From Ptychomitrium polyphyllum (Eukaryota), in assembly GCA_973851085.1 (NCBI GenBank), contig OZ316775.1, forward strand, positions 15,562,001 to 15,626,000: a DNA stretch of 64,000 nt, in the 5' to 3' direction. The position numbers and the translations under genes are program-made. The notes under the pieces are model-generated. The model did no database searches and had not been told where the DNA came from. It saw only the letters and a list, made by a program, of their open reading frames with translations. Positions 13,736 to 27,773 of this stretch are shown here, piece after piece. The stretch's first letter is position 1. Each line of letters starts with the position of its first letter.

Positions 13736-16461
13736 GCTGTCTGTCGATGAGTCTGTGTGTGGACACTCCTCTGCTCAACCTGAATGCAAACTCTTCCACA
13801 TGTAGCTGAGTTACACCGAATCAAATAAAAGTATCCCTATATCTAGCATTGCCCAAGCCTCAGTTACTCTACCTGCTCATGCTGAAATCTGATTCAAGAA
13901 ACAATGAAGGTGAATTCCTATAGCCTATCCCAAATCAATTCAGACATCAATATCACTCATAGTGCTCTTCTTCATAAGGACTTCTCATTCACTGGCCCTC
14001 TGCAATCCCACTCGTCCGACAAACAAGATACTTGAGAACCAAGTGATCTATCCAAGTGTTCATATATCTGTAGAAACCTGCTATAAGAAGTGCAGTTATA
14101 GAATGGTTAAAAAGGCATTGCAAGGGCCAGTACTAGGAAAAGCATTACAAACAGATTGACAGCACAGGAACTCTCATTTTCACACATGGTACAGATGACT
14201 ATCAGCGTATAGGATTATGGGAAGATGGCCGTCATTTCGCATCCTCACATCAGCCATGGCCACGGACTTGAAGATCGCATACATGTCAGGATCCTAAGGA
14301 CGATGATCATGTAGGAGAGCAAGCGCTTCAACGGGATCGTGGAAACCAAAGCATATAGAAAGGGCATAGCGCGACATGGCCATCGAGAGAAGCTCAGACT
14401 CGATAAATCGTCACAGTCTATGACTTCAATGAGCCTGTTTAAAGATAGCATTCATGTCACCCCGATTCGAGCAAGGAAGAATACAACTACGAGCTCTTTT
14501 GAGGCTGACGTGAATCAGAAGTCTCTTAACTCCGGATACTGGAGATCGGAAGACTCAGACATTACTTCAGTTGAGGCGATCCATAACCTTCTTCAGAGTT
14601 GCAAGACGTACAGCTATATAGGCGCTCACAACATCTTCGAGATAACGTCAGCAGACAAATTGACAAGACATACCCGCCAGAGCAGGGCTTCTGAAACAAA
14701 CAAGCCAAAAAGCTGCGCCGACACCGCATGTCCTAATGAACCAACAAAATCGAGCAGAACAACTCCCTAATGAAAACCTGAGCGCAACACAAACCAAAGC
14801 AAGCCCACTAACCTCCTACCCTTACAAGAGCATCACCATACCTACATACACACAATAGAGGCCCCTTGGAGTTGATCGCCTCTTTACTGCCGCTACAAGG
14901 AAGAAGCTCCGAATAAAGACACTTCTATACCCTCTAACCCTCCAAAGTCCAACTCCACTGGGTCATGCGTGATTGCAAAGCTAAAAAGTCATGTGATCTG
15001 ATGAAGCCAAATGCGTGAGGCCAATTTGTAGTGCTTGACACAAATGCGAGAAGAGTAGGTGTAAGATATTCCATAATGCTTACCTACCGTGGAGTAGATA
15101 CACCGAAGTTACTGCCGATCGATACAAGAGCGATCAGCGTCCTGTAACATTGAAATTGGGATAAACGTCTGTAAAGCAAGATGCCGATGACGAAGAAGCT
15201 GCACTGGCAGCAGAGACAGTGATCCGCATTAGGTTCTCGTCTAGCAAATCTGCCGTACAAAACAGCAGCCTCTGCCAAAGTAGCAGTTACTTGGGGTGAC
15301 CCAGTCTCAACATGTGTGGCACATCTGGAGGCTCAAGTGCCCGCTTGAAGTTAGCAGGACGTCTGACTAAGTTGCTGACACTGCTACAGTAGCCGATATT
15401 TTGCAACACGCTTTTAAGATTATTGAAGTAGGTGCTCTGCCAACTACTCCGACTCTTTGCATTCTCGAGGAGCTAGCTTGGAAGATGTGGGATTTGGTGA
15501 GGCGTTGCTGTATTTTGCACTTTAGCATTCACAAGTCCAGGTATGTTGCATGGTTGAATGAGCTCACTGGAAATGAGGATTAGGATACGAATCTTTCTGA
15601 AATGAAATGCTGAGCTTAGTGAGGGTTCTAGTATGGTGAGGAGCTCGCTTGTGCAAGCGTGCTGGCTGAAAACCGAAAGCGTGTCTTCCTCACCGGCTAT
15701 TAGACCAATGGGGTGACATCTGTTTCTCTTGCTCCAAGGCTGCAGAGCATACCTCTGTTCCGTGACTGAGTTGACACTAAAGAATCATAATGTGCACTTG
15801 GAAGGTGTGTGTTTGCAGTAGTTGTTTATAGTCCTACAAAAATACTCCAAACCAATCTTTTCTTATCATCTGAGAAGAAAATTAGTAAGCCAGGACCTCG
15901 TATACGTTAGACCAAAGAAGGAAAGTATTTCTTTTTTGGTGATTCATAGCGTCCATTTGAAGTCACAGAAGATATGAACATTGAAACGTATGAATAACAA
16001 TGGAAAATGAAGGAGTCGTACGTTTTAAGTTTTCCAGATGTTTGACACATAACATTCATTAGTCGCATGACCCTGCACCACACTGGGCAGGTAGCAGATA
16101 CTCTACTTTACAGTGGCATTCGACACTAATGATGTCTCAATAATTACGTATGTGATTGGACTCAATCCAATAAGTGGATGAAAAGAATTGTTCGTCTACT
16201 TTACAGTAGAACACCTCTATGCTATCCAAACTATGCAAACTATACGAAGGCAAAAGGAATCAATCCTGTTCAAGTTTATAGTCGTTTGCAGATCAATATA
16301 GTGTGCTTCCTGAATCAATAATGTTGCAGGAATTCCTTGTTCCGAACTCTGGCCTACACTTCCTGATCCTTCTACAAAGGATAGAAACTTGGTTATAAGT
16401 GCTCAAATGCTAAAGATTCTCTTGTAGCCGCGGGTTGATAGCTATTACATTGTACATTCCT

Positions 16462-19400
16462 TCATGTGAAGATAGTGACAACATCTCGCCGATATCCCCG
16501 GACCATTAGCAGTCTCGGTATACCTTCAACAAGACAATCCATATATTCCATGTAGCAAAAATTTGGTTGCTGAGGAGGTGGCGGAGGAAGACTTACCAAC
16601 ACAACAGCAGCCAATGGAGAATATCGCTTGATTATTGAATTCAACTTCAAGCAAGTGTACAAAAACTTGTTCACCTGTTACAGAAGCACGATTAATTGTT
16701 AAAAGACTCGTAAGTACACAGAAATAAAATATAAGAATAGGTGCATTCTAAGTGGTTAGGTGTAAGTATGGATCTGAGATTCACCTGTTCATCCAAAATT
16801 CTAGGCTCAGCTTCAGTCTGCTTACTGGAGACTTTCCTACTTTTTTTCGTTATCGAAGTCCCACGCTGTGCTATCCTTTTGCGAGCCTTGGAAAAGGCCT
16901 CCAATGCATCAATTCTTCCATCCACTCCAGAAGCTTTGTTACCTTCTTGATGAGCTTGCCAAGCTTTCATACTGAGCACAATAACCTCAGCTTCCATTCG
17001 TAAGTCATACAAAAACTTCTTCACATCTGTTTTCAACTCACCAGCCTCAACATCCTCCTCCGCAATACAGAAAACCTGCACAGCATAAATCGTTTAGGCA
17101 CAATCCTCCACATGCTTCGATAGAATAACAGGAAGTAGCATCTCATAATTAAATAAAGAGCTGAGCAAATAAACTCTCTCAGTGAAATGAAGAGCTGACG
17201 AAATGGAGCAACTCACCCGGATCCTGCAGCTGTCAAAGCAGTCTCTTGCACGGAGTAACTGGGAGAGCAGCAACATGAGGCCCCCATCTCGAACAATCCA
17301 ATAGAGATCAATTGTCCCATACTGCTTCTGATACTCGCCAGGCCACTCATCCAAGCCCTTTACAATCACAACTGCTTTGTTGGCAATAGAGCAATCATTA
17401 ATAACAGAAACAAAATTATCAGGAATACTGCTGTGCTTCTCCTCCTTCCGTATCTCTGGGTATCGCATACAGACGATATTTGGCTTCAGATTTGCAAGCC
17501 CCATGGTTTGCAGTATCAGTCGGAATCCATCAACCATATTACTGGCCACGATAACCTCTGCAACTCCCTCACATTGCTTGTAATTGATGTATGTGCTCAG
17601 AAGCCTACATGCCTGTTCAACGAGAGCACCAAATGATCAGAAAGTGAGTGGAAATTCATGAGCTTTAAACCCACATCAGTCTTTCAGTACAAAGTTACAA
17701 AAAATACCACTGCAATAAATGATCTACCAAAATAGCTTTTATTTCTAGCAAAGCGAGCTACATATCAAGGCAAGAGACTAACAATGTAACAATAATTTAA
17801 TTCTCGGAAATGAAAGAATCCTCAGAAACACACCTTCCTGCTTTCTTCTGTTTTGTCCTCGTAGTCACCCTCCATAATTGAAGCAAAAATGGACATACCA
17901 CGTCCTTTCTTCTTCATACAATTGGCAAACTCCGCTAGTTTGGGATGACATGGTACATCATTCGGCAGAACACCCCAGGGCTTACAAAAAATAAGAGGAA
18001 TCGGATACCAATTCTTCGGATGGACTGGCGTCGCTGCATCATTTATCAAAAAATCATGGCACGTCGGAAAAGTGATCATTATACAAATTCTTGCTTGTTT
18101 GACATCCAGAAGGCAGAAACAACTCAGGTTAAATAGGAAGGTCAGATATATGTAAGGAAGTGGAATAGATTTCGATCTAAGAAAACACCAACCTCCTAAG
18201 GACCGGAGGCTTCGCAAGGCAAGTTGAAAGTAGGCACTTTTGAAGCCGTCTCCCCAATCGCCACCTTTTCCCCTGATACTAACGTACCAATAGATCAGAC
18301 TGGCAAGAGCCAGTGATACTACAGTGAACGACCATGATATCAAGAACATGATTGCTGCCACAAAAGAAAAATCAGAAGAATGAGCCAATTCTAGATGAAT
18401 GAGATTCTCTAGATACAACTTGGGTCAATAAATGAAATCTTAGAACAAGGGAGCTGCTTATAGTTGAAACATTCTGATGCCTAAGTCAATGCTGAGTTTC
18501 CTACAAACTCCCGCTGATATTCAAATGCATACAAATGGAAATTTCACACTGTTTAGAGTCAGAGAACTTACTGATACAAAGAATAGCACCCAAAAGAGAG
18601 AAGCTCCAATGATGAAACTTGAACCGAGGTCGCCAACTAGGCGCATCAAGAAGGTCAAGCAGGAGACACGACAAGTTTACACCGCCGTAGCAAAGAAGAA
18701 AGAACATGGTTATGACAGGAGTGATCAAATCCAGATTGCCAAGGATCACACAGCCAGCACAAACAACCATAGTGAAGAGTGTTGCGAGGTGAGGCTCCTC
18801 ATCATCAGGAGATTTGAAGTACTTGAGCACAGGAAGAACGTCGTCATTGGCGATTGCAGCAAGAAGGCGGGGAGCCCCTGTCAAACTTTGAAGAGCCGCT
18901 CCAAGAGTAGATAGAATAACTCCAACTTGAACGACCCAAGGCACAGGCCAAGCAATGGTTGCTGTCAACATTCTGGAAACATAAAAAACCAAACCAGGGT
19001 TCAGAATACACCCAATCATCATATCAAAAATTGAGTAAAATCGTATGTAAAATTTAAGACATCAGCAAATATGAATACAGTTAGTTATGGAAAAAGTCCC
19101 GCTAATTCTTATGGATAATGAGACCATCTATTCAAGATAGAAACACCTTCTGGCTAAGCAAGACAACTGATTCTTTCAATATCGCTAAAGAAAGTCATTC
19201 GAAAGACAAATACAAAAAGAAGACAACCAATCTAAATTAAATTAATATGCAATAAGAAGCAAAGAGATTGACCTGTCAGTGAGCAGAAAATCCCGAGTAG
19301 CGACAGCTCCAAACATTATAACAGAGATCAGGTAAAGAGCAGTTGTCACAGCAATAGCAGATAGCGTTCCCTTGGGGATTGAACGCTGGGTGTCTTTCAG

Positions 19401-22400
19401 AGAAGCTGAACGGTTTGACCCTGCCATGATCCCAGTAACAGCGGGGAAAAATAGTCCAAGTAGATTCCTGCAATCATTCACATCCTTTGCCATTTTTAGA
19501 TAGATTTCTAGTGAAAAGAACGTTCTACCATTTGATTGTCAGAGATAAATGCTTAGAACGTTAAATATTCTCGAAACTGTAATCAAAACTGTAGAAGAAA
19601 AGGACTATATAGGTCCTTTTCAAATGAAAGCGAGGAGTTTGCATACTCAAAATTCCAGTAGACACCAGTAGGAGCAGGTATGCCGGCATCATTTGTGGTT
19701 TGATAGCTCGAACCCCAATTGTCTTTCAATGTGCTAAAGCTCAGGCCGGTTAATCCCACTGCCATTGATCAAACAGAAATACCAGAAGGTTAACGCACTA
19801 ACATAAAAAGTAATTTTTTTTAAAATGACTTCTTTGCAACCATCTCAATTCAAATGCGTGTTTACATTAGTGAAAACTCTGCAATAAAATAAAATACTAA
19901 TTGTAATCTGTAGGTGCTTTTAAAGAACGGGATGTTTTGCAAGACTACACCCGTTTTGAGTCCAAAATGGTCATGGCGATAACGGCAACCTCCAACATCC
20001 TTATCAAGACTAAAACTAAAACGAAACAACAAAGGCAAGCAGGTAGAATGTGAAGGTGAGAAGTTGTACGTGGATCGCTGCCTCCACGCGCTGTAAAGAT
20101 ACCGATGAATATGGAGAACAGTGATACTATCACAGGGATCAGAAATGCAGGGCTGACCTTGTTAATAATTTTCACTCCTCCAAAGACAATCAAGCATAGC
20201 ACAACTGTAAGGATAACTCCGTAAACCTGAAGGTCATGCATATTTGGGCTCTTCAACACTCCAGATACTGCTGCTGGAGTTGGTGCAACAGCTACTGCGC
20301 CTGTACCCACCAAAATGACACATCTATAAGAAGGTACGGAAATTTGGATGATACCTAATTTGGATGATTGGATCATAATCGTACCACAGAAGAATTGGAA
20401 CAGTGATGCCTTATATCCCGATCTACGAGCAACGCGACAAGGATGGCATGCTTAGAAGCTAGATGCCGCAGCTACTTAAAAGAGAGGCGTGATTTTCTAA
20501 ATCATCTGACAATGAATTAAGTCCAGATGATCAAGCAGCTGTAGGATCTACTAGTAGAAGTAGGTACTTTAAAGTGAGTACTTCCAGACTAAGTTTGAGT
20601 TGACTGCAGGGCATCTTGAAAGGGAGAGCTCACTGTTAAAAAGACCTGCTCCAGGAATTGCATCCAAGAACGTCTCCACAGCTCCTAAAATGTATCTGTA
20701 TTTACGGTATTCTTCAGTATGATATTATGCTGGCAAAGACTCCCCTTGCAAACACTACGTTTAATAAGCAGCAACGCCAGAGTTCACATGCAAGTAACAC
20801 CAAAGCCCGCATGCAGCGTTTAAAATGTATCAATCTGAATATACCCTTCAATTCTGTAAGCAATCTTGGGTTATCAGAGTAGGACTAAATACACTTTCAT
20901 ATTTGCAACCAAGAAAATGACTTGAGACTGTCCAACAGACGATCAACACAGAGGATTCCGAAAGAGGATTAGAGAACCAGAAGAAAAGCTGTGCTTTGAA
21001 GAAAAAACTGAACTCACAATGATGCAGCAACTGCATTGCCCAGGAAGAAACATAATCCAATACTAACTCCAACCTCTGGACCAAGAGCTCGACCTATCAA
21101 ATAATAAGGACCTCCACCCTGCGATAGGAGGAGACAGTATCAAAATCACATCAACGAAAACTTTGGTTAAGGATTTGGGGTCCTTTCATCATTAAAAGTA
21201 TGTAATCCTTGGAACTTGCTCTATCTAAACACAGCATATGAAATCTTAAAATCTGGAGCATATGATTGAAATGCTTTTACCAAAGAGACAACAAGAAAAC
21301 TACAAATTTAAAACTGACCAGATTTAGACTCGCAACCTCGGACCGTAAATGCAACTAAAGTTGCTCTGGTGAAGAGACTAACCTTCATGGCTCCATTAGT
21401 AGCAATGGCGCTAAGGGAGATGCCAGTTAAGAATGTGCAGAGGCAGCATAAACATACTAACAGAAGACTATTCCAGATGCCTGCTATACCTACAATCCTG
21501 CAACGCATCCACGTACATTAGTGGTGAGGGTTGAATAGAACATAAACAAAAACAAATTATATACGTAAATGATTTCAAGTCAACTCAAGAAATAAAACTG
21601 CTCCTCAAGCTTGAATTCAGAAGTCTCTGTAATAACTAGCAAACTTTAAAAAGAAGCAACTTACCAAGTAAATCGGATATAGAAAATAATGCCCAGAATG
21701 TTCTGCAGACACGGTACAAAAACTCCCATGACGGTACCCATCTTCCCAATTTGTTGCTGCCACAAGAGAAAAGGATTGTCATCTTGCAGAAGTTCGGTAT
21801 ACCGGCGTGATTCAATCCAGCCCTCACAAAATCGGCTTCAAAGTGACGATAAGGCGAGAAATGTTTCCAATGAATGAACCATAAAAGTTGTGATAGGAAG
21901 GGCAATGCACATTGAAAGGAGTATACGCTAATTACTCAGTTCATCTTTGGAAAACTGTACAATATGCAAGTGCTACCTTCCAAATGCTCTTCCACATTAA
22001 CAGAGGGATATTCGTTCCAAGAGGTTGCTAGAATCCTCTACAGAGCTCGTATTGACAATTGATTATGCAACAACTTATAAGCACCTAGGTCATACCTCCA
22101 AAAATAAAGAAATGTAGCCAGGTTTTTCACCAGGACGATCAACATCAATGGTATAATCTTCCACATCTCTTGGGCTCTGTGGCAAGCCGGGCTGCTGCCC
22201 TCCCATACTGCACGACGGAAGAGAACTCTTGCTTAGAACGTCACTTTCTCTTCCTCCATCCTCATAACCTAAGTGCAAAACCCGAGCCAGCAATTGTGGA
22301 CTAGACTACACCATTCATTTATCAGATGGAATTGAGTACCTCTTGAGTCCTTTGACATCCACAAGTGGATCAGTCTGGTACAGCGACAACTTTGTTGACT

Positions 22401-22784
22401 CGCCCTCAATCCGTTCGAAAATTGCCGTATCCTTTGAGTAGCCATTCTCTCGCTGCTGTCCATTTTCCACTGCCCTGGTATTCACTGTCTTCAACTGCCT
22501 GCTCAGAACCGCTTACATGTCAACTGCGTAATTCTTTAAGAGAGATTTGCTATACACAAGGTCGCGGGATGCCCATAAACATCAACATCCCGATCAAGAG
22601 TCGACGATTAGGTCACTCACCGCTGCACAAATGGAAGAGTGGGGGGCTGCGCAGGAGGGGAATGTGGGGGCGATGAAAGATCCACAGCAATCATCCCTTG
22701 CGCCACAACGGAGAGCGGAGCTGACCCTCCATTCTGTGCAGCGTGCTCTCGTGCACACTCTCGCCCGGGAGCCCCATTCTCCAT
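16462..22784 (-). CDS. CCC1: Cation-chloride cotransporter (SLC12 family)
   Basis: Multi-exon gene starting MENGAPGRE at 22784. Motifs: [115 protein letters not shown], and C-terminal [12 protein letters not shown]. Confidence 0.97.
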
Positions 22785-24713
22785 CTCTCTCCTCTCTACT
22801 CCGCTAATTCACTACAAGCCCATCACTCCACTCTCCCTGCTCCTTCTACAAATCACAGATCCCTTTCTTCCTTCTCTCCTTCCCTAACCTCTCAATCTCC
22901 CAAAAAAACGAAAATCTTAGGGCAACACTTACACCAATTCGATAACGCTCTGAACCTAGCTACTCAATGATCTCAAATCCAAACCTCACAGGAGGCGATT
23001 CACAGCCAGAGAGGCGCCCACAGTCCAAGCTGCTGCACCCTCGATCCACGAAAGATGAGCTCAGAAACCTGTGAAAGCTAAGCTTTAGCAGACAAAGCCT
23101 AGAGGGGGAAATAAAGTGACAGACTGTCTGTAAGTGCAGAGTGAGGCGGGATCCGATGCGATGTGATGGAGTCGAAATGCTGGATGTAGATCTGGGTCGA
23201 AGTTCGTGGAAGGAGGAGCAACCGAGTTAATGTGGTAGCGATGATATGTTGGTGCGAGAGAGTCAAGGAGCAAGTCTCGGCCCTGCAAGTTGGCAGCTGC
23301 AAAGAAGAAGAGCTTCGATCATCAACACTGACTCTTGATCTATCTCGTCATGCCGCAAACTCTCCTTCCATTGTCTTCTCAATCATCGCAAGTCAAAGCA
23401 GAGCAATCAGAATCTCAGAAAACACCAACAACCTTCCAGACGAGTGACTCATCCCAAGAAAAGCAGCGTAATCATTTCTCGTCTGTGAAAAATTCTAACT
23501 GCCGTGTGTCCTGTGGCCCTGCTTCTGGTTTGAGGAGTGCACGGTGGTTCTTTGTCACAAATTCACTGTGAAATAGGAAACATGGAACTACTTGGCTAGG
23601 AGATCTTTCAGCTTCCTGTGAGATCATGTGACGGTGACTGGACTCAGAAACTGCTGGAATCATCAGCTCACAGATAGATGTAGTGACTCATGTCTTTCAT
23701 TATTTTTCAAGTATTTTTTTCTGTGAGAAAAGTTGGATTGCAGGGCACAAAAAATGAGGAATAATGAAATCTTGTGATCAAGATTCTTTAAGGCATTAGG
23801 GTGACCACGAATGTAATGGAGAAGATACAGAGCTGCAATAAGCACGATTTTGTGACAAATTCAAATAACAGTGTTTTCACAGTGTTTCCATTCGTAGTAT
23901 TGTACTTTTCAAGTTATGCTGTTGTTTCCCAGAGGTATCGTACACATGGTTGAAATTGAGGTGTGTTGCTTGAAACTGAGGTGAAAGTCTCGAGTTCGAT
24001 TTCTTACATAGTCAGCGACAATCAGAGATGGCTGGCAGAGCTCACATGAAGTCGTGAAGGTGATCATGTGGAAACATAGAATGATCACATGGATCATCAT
24101 ATGGGATAACTGCGACTCAAACACAAATTTAATGATTCAAGATGTTGATAGACTACAATTAGTACACAGGAGGTAGCATCCCAGCAGCAGAATGCAATGG
24201 CATTACGTTTAGAGATTTGTTCTGCTGAAAACTAAACTCCAATCAATAACTACATTTCGAGATAATGTAAAAATAAGCACATACACGCAATCACGTTCCA
24301 TTCCTGTGCACAATTGAAGGTGTAGCAGGTGAATCTTGCCAAACGATTGAATATAAAACATAAAAAGTAAATTAGTAAGGGCTTGCATGATATCTCTGAC
24401 GATATCAATATGTGAGCAAGTCACAAGAAGAAAAAGACATTTCCATCTAAGATCGCCATGTTATTGTTCTCTATCACTACAAAGAACACCAAGCTAGCAC
24501 TACTAGCGGCTAATCATAATAGCAGTAGTATGTTCAAGCCATCCGCATCAAGTTCCGTGTCTTGATTCATAACTATACGAACTGGAATCGATCATGCGCA
24601 CATTGCACAACACCTTCAATCTACGTCGCTACATCACTCCAACCCAGTCCAAGTGAAGCCAACTCTGCCCAAGAACATCGTCTGGGAAACAGAGGACATA
24701 CCTTCCGTCAGGC

Positions 24714-25617
24714 TTAGGGTTCAGGAGTGCCACACCCATCCTCCTTAATACATGATTGAATAAACCCCTCGTTCTGTCTATGTTGAATATTGTCTCGAGC
24801 GATTTCATTTAAAAAAATGTTCGGGTTGTTCACCTTTGGCTTCGGATAGTTGCTACTGTCCGGGTTCTGGATAACTGTGCTCGGAGCAGGCGCAACTGCG
24901 GTGTCTAACAGTACTGAGGACACTGCATCCAGCATCTCTCTCACTTGTTTCTCTTCGCTTGCTTCCCCGGAACCTTCTTGCTTCTCTGCAGAAACATCCA
25001 CATTCTCTTCTGTTTGCACATCCTCAGCATTGCCCTCCGAACTCCAGAAGTCGTCCGCCGTTGTGGCATCCTCCTTTGAGGTCTCCTCTGTTGTGGCCCC
25101 TTCTGCAGTGGAATCTTCTGTTGTGGTTTCCCCTGTTTCTTCAACGGCAGGTTCCTCTAAGACTTCCTCAGACACTGATTCTGAGACTTCCTCGGTGGCT
25201 TCCACTGATGTTTCCTCAGATTCGACGTTGGTCGGGGTGAGGGCATCCCCCTCGATGGTCTCAAAGGTGGCGGCTGTGGGAGTGATCACGGGTTAGTTGC
25301 TGGGTGCCGCACCTTTTAAGGAACACAAACCTAACATGCTCTGCAGTATATATTAGAAAATGGAAATGCGGCATTCAGGTGCTACTTCAACGGGGGCAAG
25401 GGTAAGGTGCACTGCCTTCAGTTGTATCGCTTTCCATCTCCATCACTGAGTTTTCTGCTAGCACCGGTGTGGTCTCTAAGAATCGAGGGTCAGGCAAACT
25501 CTTCCGCCCTTGCATGGAGACAGTATCGCCATTAGAAGACTTTCCCTGGTATACCGCGTATGTCAACAACAACGTGGCAACCGCCACCAGAAGAACATGC
25601 TTTGCACCGATCGCCAT
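24714..25617 (-). CDS. Uncharacterised protein with an N-terminal hydrophobic signal/anchor followed by a long E/T/S/A-rich acidic low-complexity region
   Basis: MAIGAKHVLLVAVATLLLTYAVYQG starts at 25617. An intron ends at ACTAAC...CCCACAG (exon resumes at 25273) and joins in frame to AATFETIEG...ESEETSVEATEE. The exact donor and the C-terminal exon structure are uncertain. Confidence 0.65.
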
Positions 25618-26350
25618 TGTAGCACAAACCGCTCTCACGACATCCGCCAACTGCAAGCCGCCTAACAAGAGAATTCCTCAGCAAAGTACCACGGCATTGA
25701 ACAAAACTACTCTTAGCGAAGCTCCCACTTACACCGTTTCTCACAATAAACCACTGAACACACAACATGGACACCACACAACATACCTTTCGATTGGGCT
25801 CTGCCGACTGCACACAAATCCTGAGTAAGATCTCCTAGCCCTCAAGCCTCCCTCAGAGCTTCGTTCCCTTCGGATGCACGACGCATTATCGTAGCTATAC
25901 ATAGATGCCTGACCCCCATACCGACGGAGTGATTTCTTCGTCTTAAGAGTTCCTTACAATGTGTCATTACTGCTGCGGATTTGCAGCTTGGCGCTGCAAG
26001 ATTGTTGCTTATTTTAGATTTTACCTCAAGTGACTTTGCGAGTACGAAACTAATACAGGATGCTTGTGAACCATCTGTTACATGTCGATCATAAAGTGTA
26101 CGTGAGTTCCTGGACGAGTGGCCCCACGTTCGGGGCGACGAGAATTGGATGAGCGATACAGGATGTCGTCGGAGACGAACGGAAAGTTGGTAACGAGCGG
26201 ATGGTGCGATTGAGCCCGTGATTGTGCGCGCGGGCCGCCCGTTGCGAGCGGCGGAGCACAAACACTTCGGCAGGTGCGCCAGTTTCTTCTTTTCGCTTCC
26301 AGCCAGGAGCGTTCTGTTGCGTTGTAGCAGGGTTTCAGGTTGCGGCCGCC

Positions 26351-27773
26351 ATGGTAAGTCGACGTTTCCTTTCGTGTTAGATGTGTTTTCTGGTTTGGGA
26401 TGGTTTTGCTAATTTGCAACAGTCGTGTTTGCCATTGGGCGTGAATTTTCCATTGCCAGGAGCTAGGGTTAGGGTTGTGTGGATTTTTGGGTAGTTGATG
26501 GTTTTGATTTCCTTGGAGGGATTTGCAGTTTGTGATATGTATGTTTGTTTCGGAGAGCATTGAGCTGGATTTATGAGGATGTTTGTTGTTCGTGTTGCGA
26601 TGTGCGTGTATGACGTGGAATAGGTGAACGTTCCAAAAACCAAGAAGTCCTTCTGCCCTGGGAAGGCGTGCAAGAAGCACACCCTTCACAAGGTGACTCA
26701 GTACAAGAAGGGAAAGGACAGCCTGTACGCCCAAGGTATCATTGTTACTAGATCTAAACAGTTTGCTATCTTTTGTTGAAATCGAATTCCTGTAGGATTG
26801 ATGGAAGCTCCAGTACATGCAGACGTGTTGGTGGTGGAAGGTATCTTTCACGATGAATAGTCTTGGAGTTGAACCCCCGCACGGTTAAGAGGTGTTTAGT
26901 GAATGGATCTGCCCGTGGGTCACCATTTTTTGAGAACTGAGAATGGAGGGCCATTGCGGCGATTTTATTCAGTATTAGGGTTTGTGTTTAGGGTTTTTCG
27001 TTTCGCTGCATTCTTTTATCTATACCGTGAAATCTTATGGTATTCATTGGGCATTGAATGTGTATCTGAATGACTCCCCTCCGCGCACCTTTCAGGAAAG
27101 AGGCGTTATGACAGGAAGCAATCTGGTTATGGTGGTCAGACCAAGCCCGTCTTTCACAAAAAGGTTTGTTGAGTCTTCTTTTCCACCTTACTGTTTTAAG
27201 TGTTACCGGGTCTCCTTTTCTGGGAAGAGAAAATGAAGAGTAAATTTTCCTCATGAAAATTGCTTGCTGAGTGTCCCTACTTGAAGCTGCAATCTCCTGT
27301 GTTTTGAGGTTTTTTTTATTTTTTCTGTTTTTGGGTTAGCTTTGAGTAAGCATGTGTCGTTGGCCTACCCGGCATTGAGCAATACGTTTCTGGGGTTTTC
27401 ATTTGTGCAGGCTAAGACCACAAAGAAGATTGTGCTTAGGTTGCAATGCCAGGCTTGCAAGCATGTGACACAACATCCCATCAAGGTTGATTTTTTTAAC
27501 TTCATTCTTTATTGGCACGTTTTTATCGTTAAACTTTGTAGGAGGTTGGCTAAAATATCACTAACTGCAATCGATCCGAAGCTCACAATTTGGTATTCTT
27601 AGTGGTTCCTATATGGTTGATGATATTTAGGTTTTATGTGAATTGGATCTGAATGTTCGCTCTCTCTATGATTATCAATGCCAATTCATTAACATTTAGT
27701 TTTTATTTCGCAGCGTTGCAAGCATTTCGAGATTGGAGGAGACAAGAAGGGCAAGGGTACCCAGCTGTTTTAG
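26351..27773 (+). CDS. RPL36A: 60S ribosomal protein eL42 (L36a/L44)
   Basis: ATG-only first coding exon at 26351-26353, then 26624-26735, 27096-27162, 27411-27485 and 27714-27773. The translation is [105 protein letters not shown]. Confidence 0.98.

Noticed and set aside
14339..14770. 143-aa plus-strand ORF
   Set aside because: It has a non-ATG start, lies antisense within the probable EUL 5'UTR intron, and has no domain.
25293..25295. Apparent premature TAA in the acidic protein gene
   Set aside because: It is better explained as part of the ACTAAC branch point inside an intron ending at 25274.
24850..25296. 148-aa S/V/A-rich plus-strand ORF
   Set aside because: It is the antisense shadow of the acidic low-complexity exon.
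26078..26851. 257-aa minus-strand ORF
   Set aside because: It is antisense to the RPL36A promoter, intron and exon, with no recognisable domain.
26849..26940. Possible intronic C/D box snoRNA in RPL36A
   Set aside because: The C box is imperfect (ACGATGA), and I could not identify an rRNA-complementary guide or a convincing terminal stem.
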